17,409 bases of DNA from a virus (lineage: Duplodnaviria; Heunggongvirae; Uroviricota; Caudoviricetes): positions 1 to 17,409 of the IMG/VR virus record IMGVR_UViG_2585427784_000004. One strand, given 5' to 3'. The notes beneath the pieces were generated by a model. That model made no database searches, was not told the DNA's origin, and saw only the letters and a list, made by a program, of their open reading frames with translations. Each line of letters opens with the position of its first letter. Position 1 is the stretch's first letter. The position numbers and the translations under genes were made by a program. Positions 14,790 through 17,409 of this stretch are shown here, in pieces.

Positions 14790-16475
14790 TTATCCTAATC
14801 CTGGCCATACCATGACGATGATTGTCCCTGCCAGCGTCAGCAGGACGTTGGCGATTGCATAGGTGCCCGCATAGCCCAGCGCCGGGATGTTACTGCGAGC
14901 TGTATCACTGATGATCTCCATTGCCGGCGCGCAGGTACGTGCGCCCATCATTGCGCCGAACAACAGCGCGCGGTTCATTCGCAATACATAAGCACCGAAC
15001 AAGAAACAGATAACCACGGGCACCAGACTGACAATCAATCCGGCAATCAACATCTGACCGCCAATCGCGCCCAGGCCGTTATTAATACCGCTACCGGCGC
15101 TCAGACCAACGCCTGCCATAAACACCATCAAGCCGAACTCTTTCACCATGCTTAATGCACCCTGCGGAATGTAACCGAAGGTCGGGTGGTTAGCACGCAT
15201 AAAGCCCAGCATAATTCCGGCGAATAACAACCCGGCAGCGTTCCCCATGCCGAAACTGAATGTGCTGAACTGGAAGGTGATCATCCCGATCATCAGCCCA
15301 ATAACAAAGAAGGCGCAGAATGCCAGCAGGTCAGTGACCTGGCTGTGAATCGAGATAAAGCCGATGCGATCGGCGATGGTTTTTACGCGGCGGGCATCGC
15401 CGCTGACTTGTAAAACGTCACCTTTGTTAAGCACGACGTTGTCATCTATCGGCATCTCAATCTGGCTACGAATGACGCGGTTAAGGAAGCAACCGTGATC
15501 GGTCAACTTCAGTTGTGCGAGACGTTTACCTACAGCGTTATGGTTTTTAACGACCACTTCTTCAGTGACGATACGCATGTCGAGAAGGTCACGATCGAAA
15601 ACTTCTTTACCGTTACGGAAGCTGGGATCGAGTCGGGCATGGGCGTCGGGATAGCCTACCAACGCTATTTCATCGCCCATTTGTAGCACGGCATCACCGT
15701 CTGGATTTGCCAGAATCCCGTTACGTCGAATACGTTCAATGTAGCAGCCGGTTTGTCGATAAATACCCAGTTCACGCAGATTTTTGCCGTCGGTCCAGGC
15801 CACCAGTTCCGGGCCGACGCGATAGGCGCGGATCACCGGTAAATAAACCTTACGGTTGGCATCAGTGTCCAGGCCACGTTCGCGGGCGATTTGCTGGGCG
15901 CTGGTCTGTAAGTCCTGATGCTGCAATTTCGGCAAGTAACGCGCACCAACAATCAAACTCACCAGACCGATTAAATAGGTTAAGGCATACCCGAGGCTCA
16001 GATTATCCAGTGCCAGTGAGAGCTGCCTGCTTTCCATGCCGGAATGACGCAGTGTATCGCCAGCACCGACCAGAACCGGTGTCGACGTCATAGAGCCTGC
16101 TAACATACCGGCCGTCAGGCCAATATCCCAGCCAAACAGCTTACCTAACCCTAAGGCGATCACCAGCGCACTGCCAACCATCACCAGTGCTAACATTAGG
16201 TAATTTTTCCCATCGCGAAAAAAAATGGAAAAAAAGTTCGGTCCGGCTTCGACCCCGACGCAGAAAATAAACAGCATAAAGCCAAGATTAAGCGCATCGG
16301 TGTTAATGCTGAAATGTTGTTGGCCTAATAACAGCGATACGACTAAAACGCCAATGGAATTACCCAGTTGGATCGAACCAAGTCGTAACTTTCCGAGACA
16401 TAGCCCAAGCGCGAGGACCACAAATAATAACAGAATGTAATTCCCATTTAACAATTCGGCGACGTTTATATTCAC
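14790..16475 (-). CDS. ybjL: Putative transport protein YbjL (AAE / YidE-YbjL family, duplicated transmembrane and TrkA-C domains)
   Basis: 561 aa, GTG start. Sequence [46 protein letters not shown]... recognised as E. coli YbjL. Gene order ybjL-ybjM-grxA as in E. coli K-12. Confidence 0.9.
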
Positions 16476-16744
16476 GGAGGCTAACTTCTTGTTTACTAGT
16501 AAGCTGTTGAAAGAAATGGTAATTTACGATAATGTTTTTTACCAGAATTCAGGGCGCAGATTCATTCAGCGCACCTAAACGATAGTAAAGTAACAATATA
16601 TTTTACTAGTGTAATCACATTAGGTATCAACGGCTATATGAATTGCGTTGGCCTATATTAGCATGGAATGCGAAGCGGCTTTATCTTACTGAACGCCACA
16701 CTGGCGAAAAATGTGTTCGATAGACGCAGTGTCAGGAGGAACGA

Positions 16745-17122
16745 GTGAAACATAAACAACGTTGGGCGGGGGCAATCTGCTGTTTTGTCCTCTTCATTGT
16801 GGTGTGCCTTTTTCTGGCGACGCACATGAAAGGCGCTTTTCGGGCTGCCGGGCATCCTGAAATCGGCTTGCTATTTTTCATTCTTCCTGGAGCAGTCGCC
16901 AGCTTCTTTTCACAGCGTAGAGAAGTCCTGAAACCTCTGTTTGGCGCAATGCTGGCGGCACCCTGTTCGATGCTCATTATGCGGCTGTTTTTTTCACCGA
17001 CGCGCTCATTCTGGCAAGAGCTGGCATGGTTATTAAGTGCGGTGTTCTGGTGTGCGCTGGGGGCACTGTGTTTCTTATTTATCAGTAGTTTGTTTAAACC
17101 ACAGCACAGAAAAAATCAGTAA
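16745..17122 (+). CDS. ybjM: Inner-membrane protein YbjM
   Basis: 125 aa, GTG start with AGGAGG 9 nt upstream. MKHKQRWAGAICCFVLFIVVCLFLATHMKG..., hydrophobic. Position between ybjL and grxA. Confidence 0.85.
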   Translation: MKHKQRWAGAICCFVLFIVVCLFLATHMKGAFRAAGHPEIGLLFFILPGAVASFFSQRREVLKPLFGAMLAAPCSMLIMRLFFSPTRSFWQELAWLLSAVFWCALGALCFLFISSLFKPQHRKNQ

Positions 17123-17141
17123 AGCCCTCAACGCGAGGGCT
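17123..17141. terminator. Shared hairpin between convergent ybjM and grxA
   Basis: AGCCCTC (17123-17129) / GAGGGCT (17135-17141) with a 5-nt loop immediately after the ybjM stop. T run on the minus strand (plus-strand AAAAA at 17111-17115). U tract imperfect. Confidence 0.4.
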
Positions 17142-17151
17142 TGTCAGACGA

Positions 17152-17409
17152 TCAGGCGTCCAGATTTTCTTTCACCCATGCAGCAAAATCGGTATAGCCG
17201 CCGATATGTTGCTGATCGACAAAAATCTGCGGCACGGTTTCTACGGGTTTACCTGCCTTTTGTTGTAGATCTTCTTTAGTGATCCCTTCCGCACGAATAT
17301 CTACATAGTGATACTGAAAATCATCGTGTTCATTGCTCAATTTCTCAGCCAGATCTTTTGCACGCACACAGTAAGGGCAACCCGGACGACCAAAAATAAC
17401 GGTTTGCAT
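17152..17409 (-). CDS. grxA: Glutaredoxin 1
   Basis: 85 aa: MQTVIFGRPGCPYCVRAKDLAEKLS... with CPYC active site. ATG is the reverse complement of the last three bases of the window. Confidence 0.9.
   Translation of the reverse strand: MQTVIFGRPGCPYCVRAKDLAEKLSNEHDDFQYHYVDIRAEGITKEDLQQKAGKPVETVPQIFVDQQHIGGYTDFAAWVKENLDA

Noticed and set aside
15707-16093. 128-aa plus-strand ORF
   Set aside because: Antisense inside ybjL, with an Arg/Pro/Ser-rich translation.
1-17409. CRISPR arrays or IS elements
   Set aside because: No regularly spaced direct repeats of CRISPR type and no transposase-like ORF with terminal inverted repeats were seen. The short repeats noted at 7921-7976 and 10252-10370 are irregular and local.

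Overview
The window reads as an Escherichia/Shigella-type chromosome segment: a degenerate P2/186-family prophage (about 1-14,600) followed by the host genes ybjL, ybjM and grxA. All calls come from reading the six-frame translations and the DNA by eye; no database search, HMM, GC calculation or folding was run. The prophage keeps its lysogeny switch (integrase, CI-type repressor, Cox/Apl, CII), an early operon (TraR/DksA zinc finger, Dam methylase), the rolling-circle replication gene A, a LexA-boxed tum/DinI-like SOS module, and gpU-gpD-ogr. Almost the whole virion gene block is missing: only a C-terminal fragment that I read as the portal gene sits directly against gpU. Between the SOS module and that fragment lies a visibly AT-rich cargo island (about 7,800-12,260). 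It holds a DarT-like ADP-ribosyltransferase with an adjacent macrodomain protein (DarTG-like toxin-antitoxin/defence pair), and a 580-aa orphan protein that is a candidate single-gene abortive-infection/defence factor, tentatively AIPR-like. The 580-aa orphan is the most interesting open question; a small secreted Cys-rich peptide in the cI-int operon and an apparently frame-split tum locus are secondary leads.
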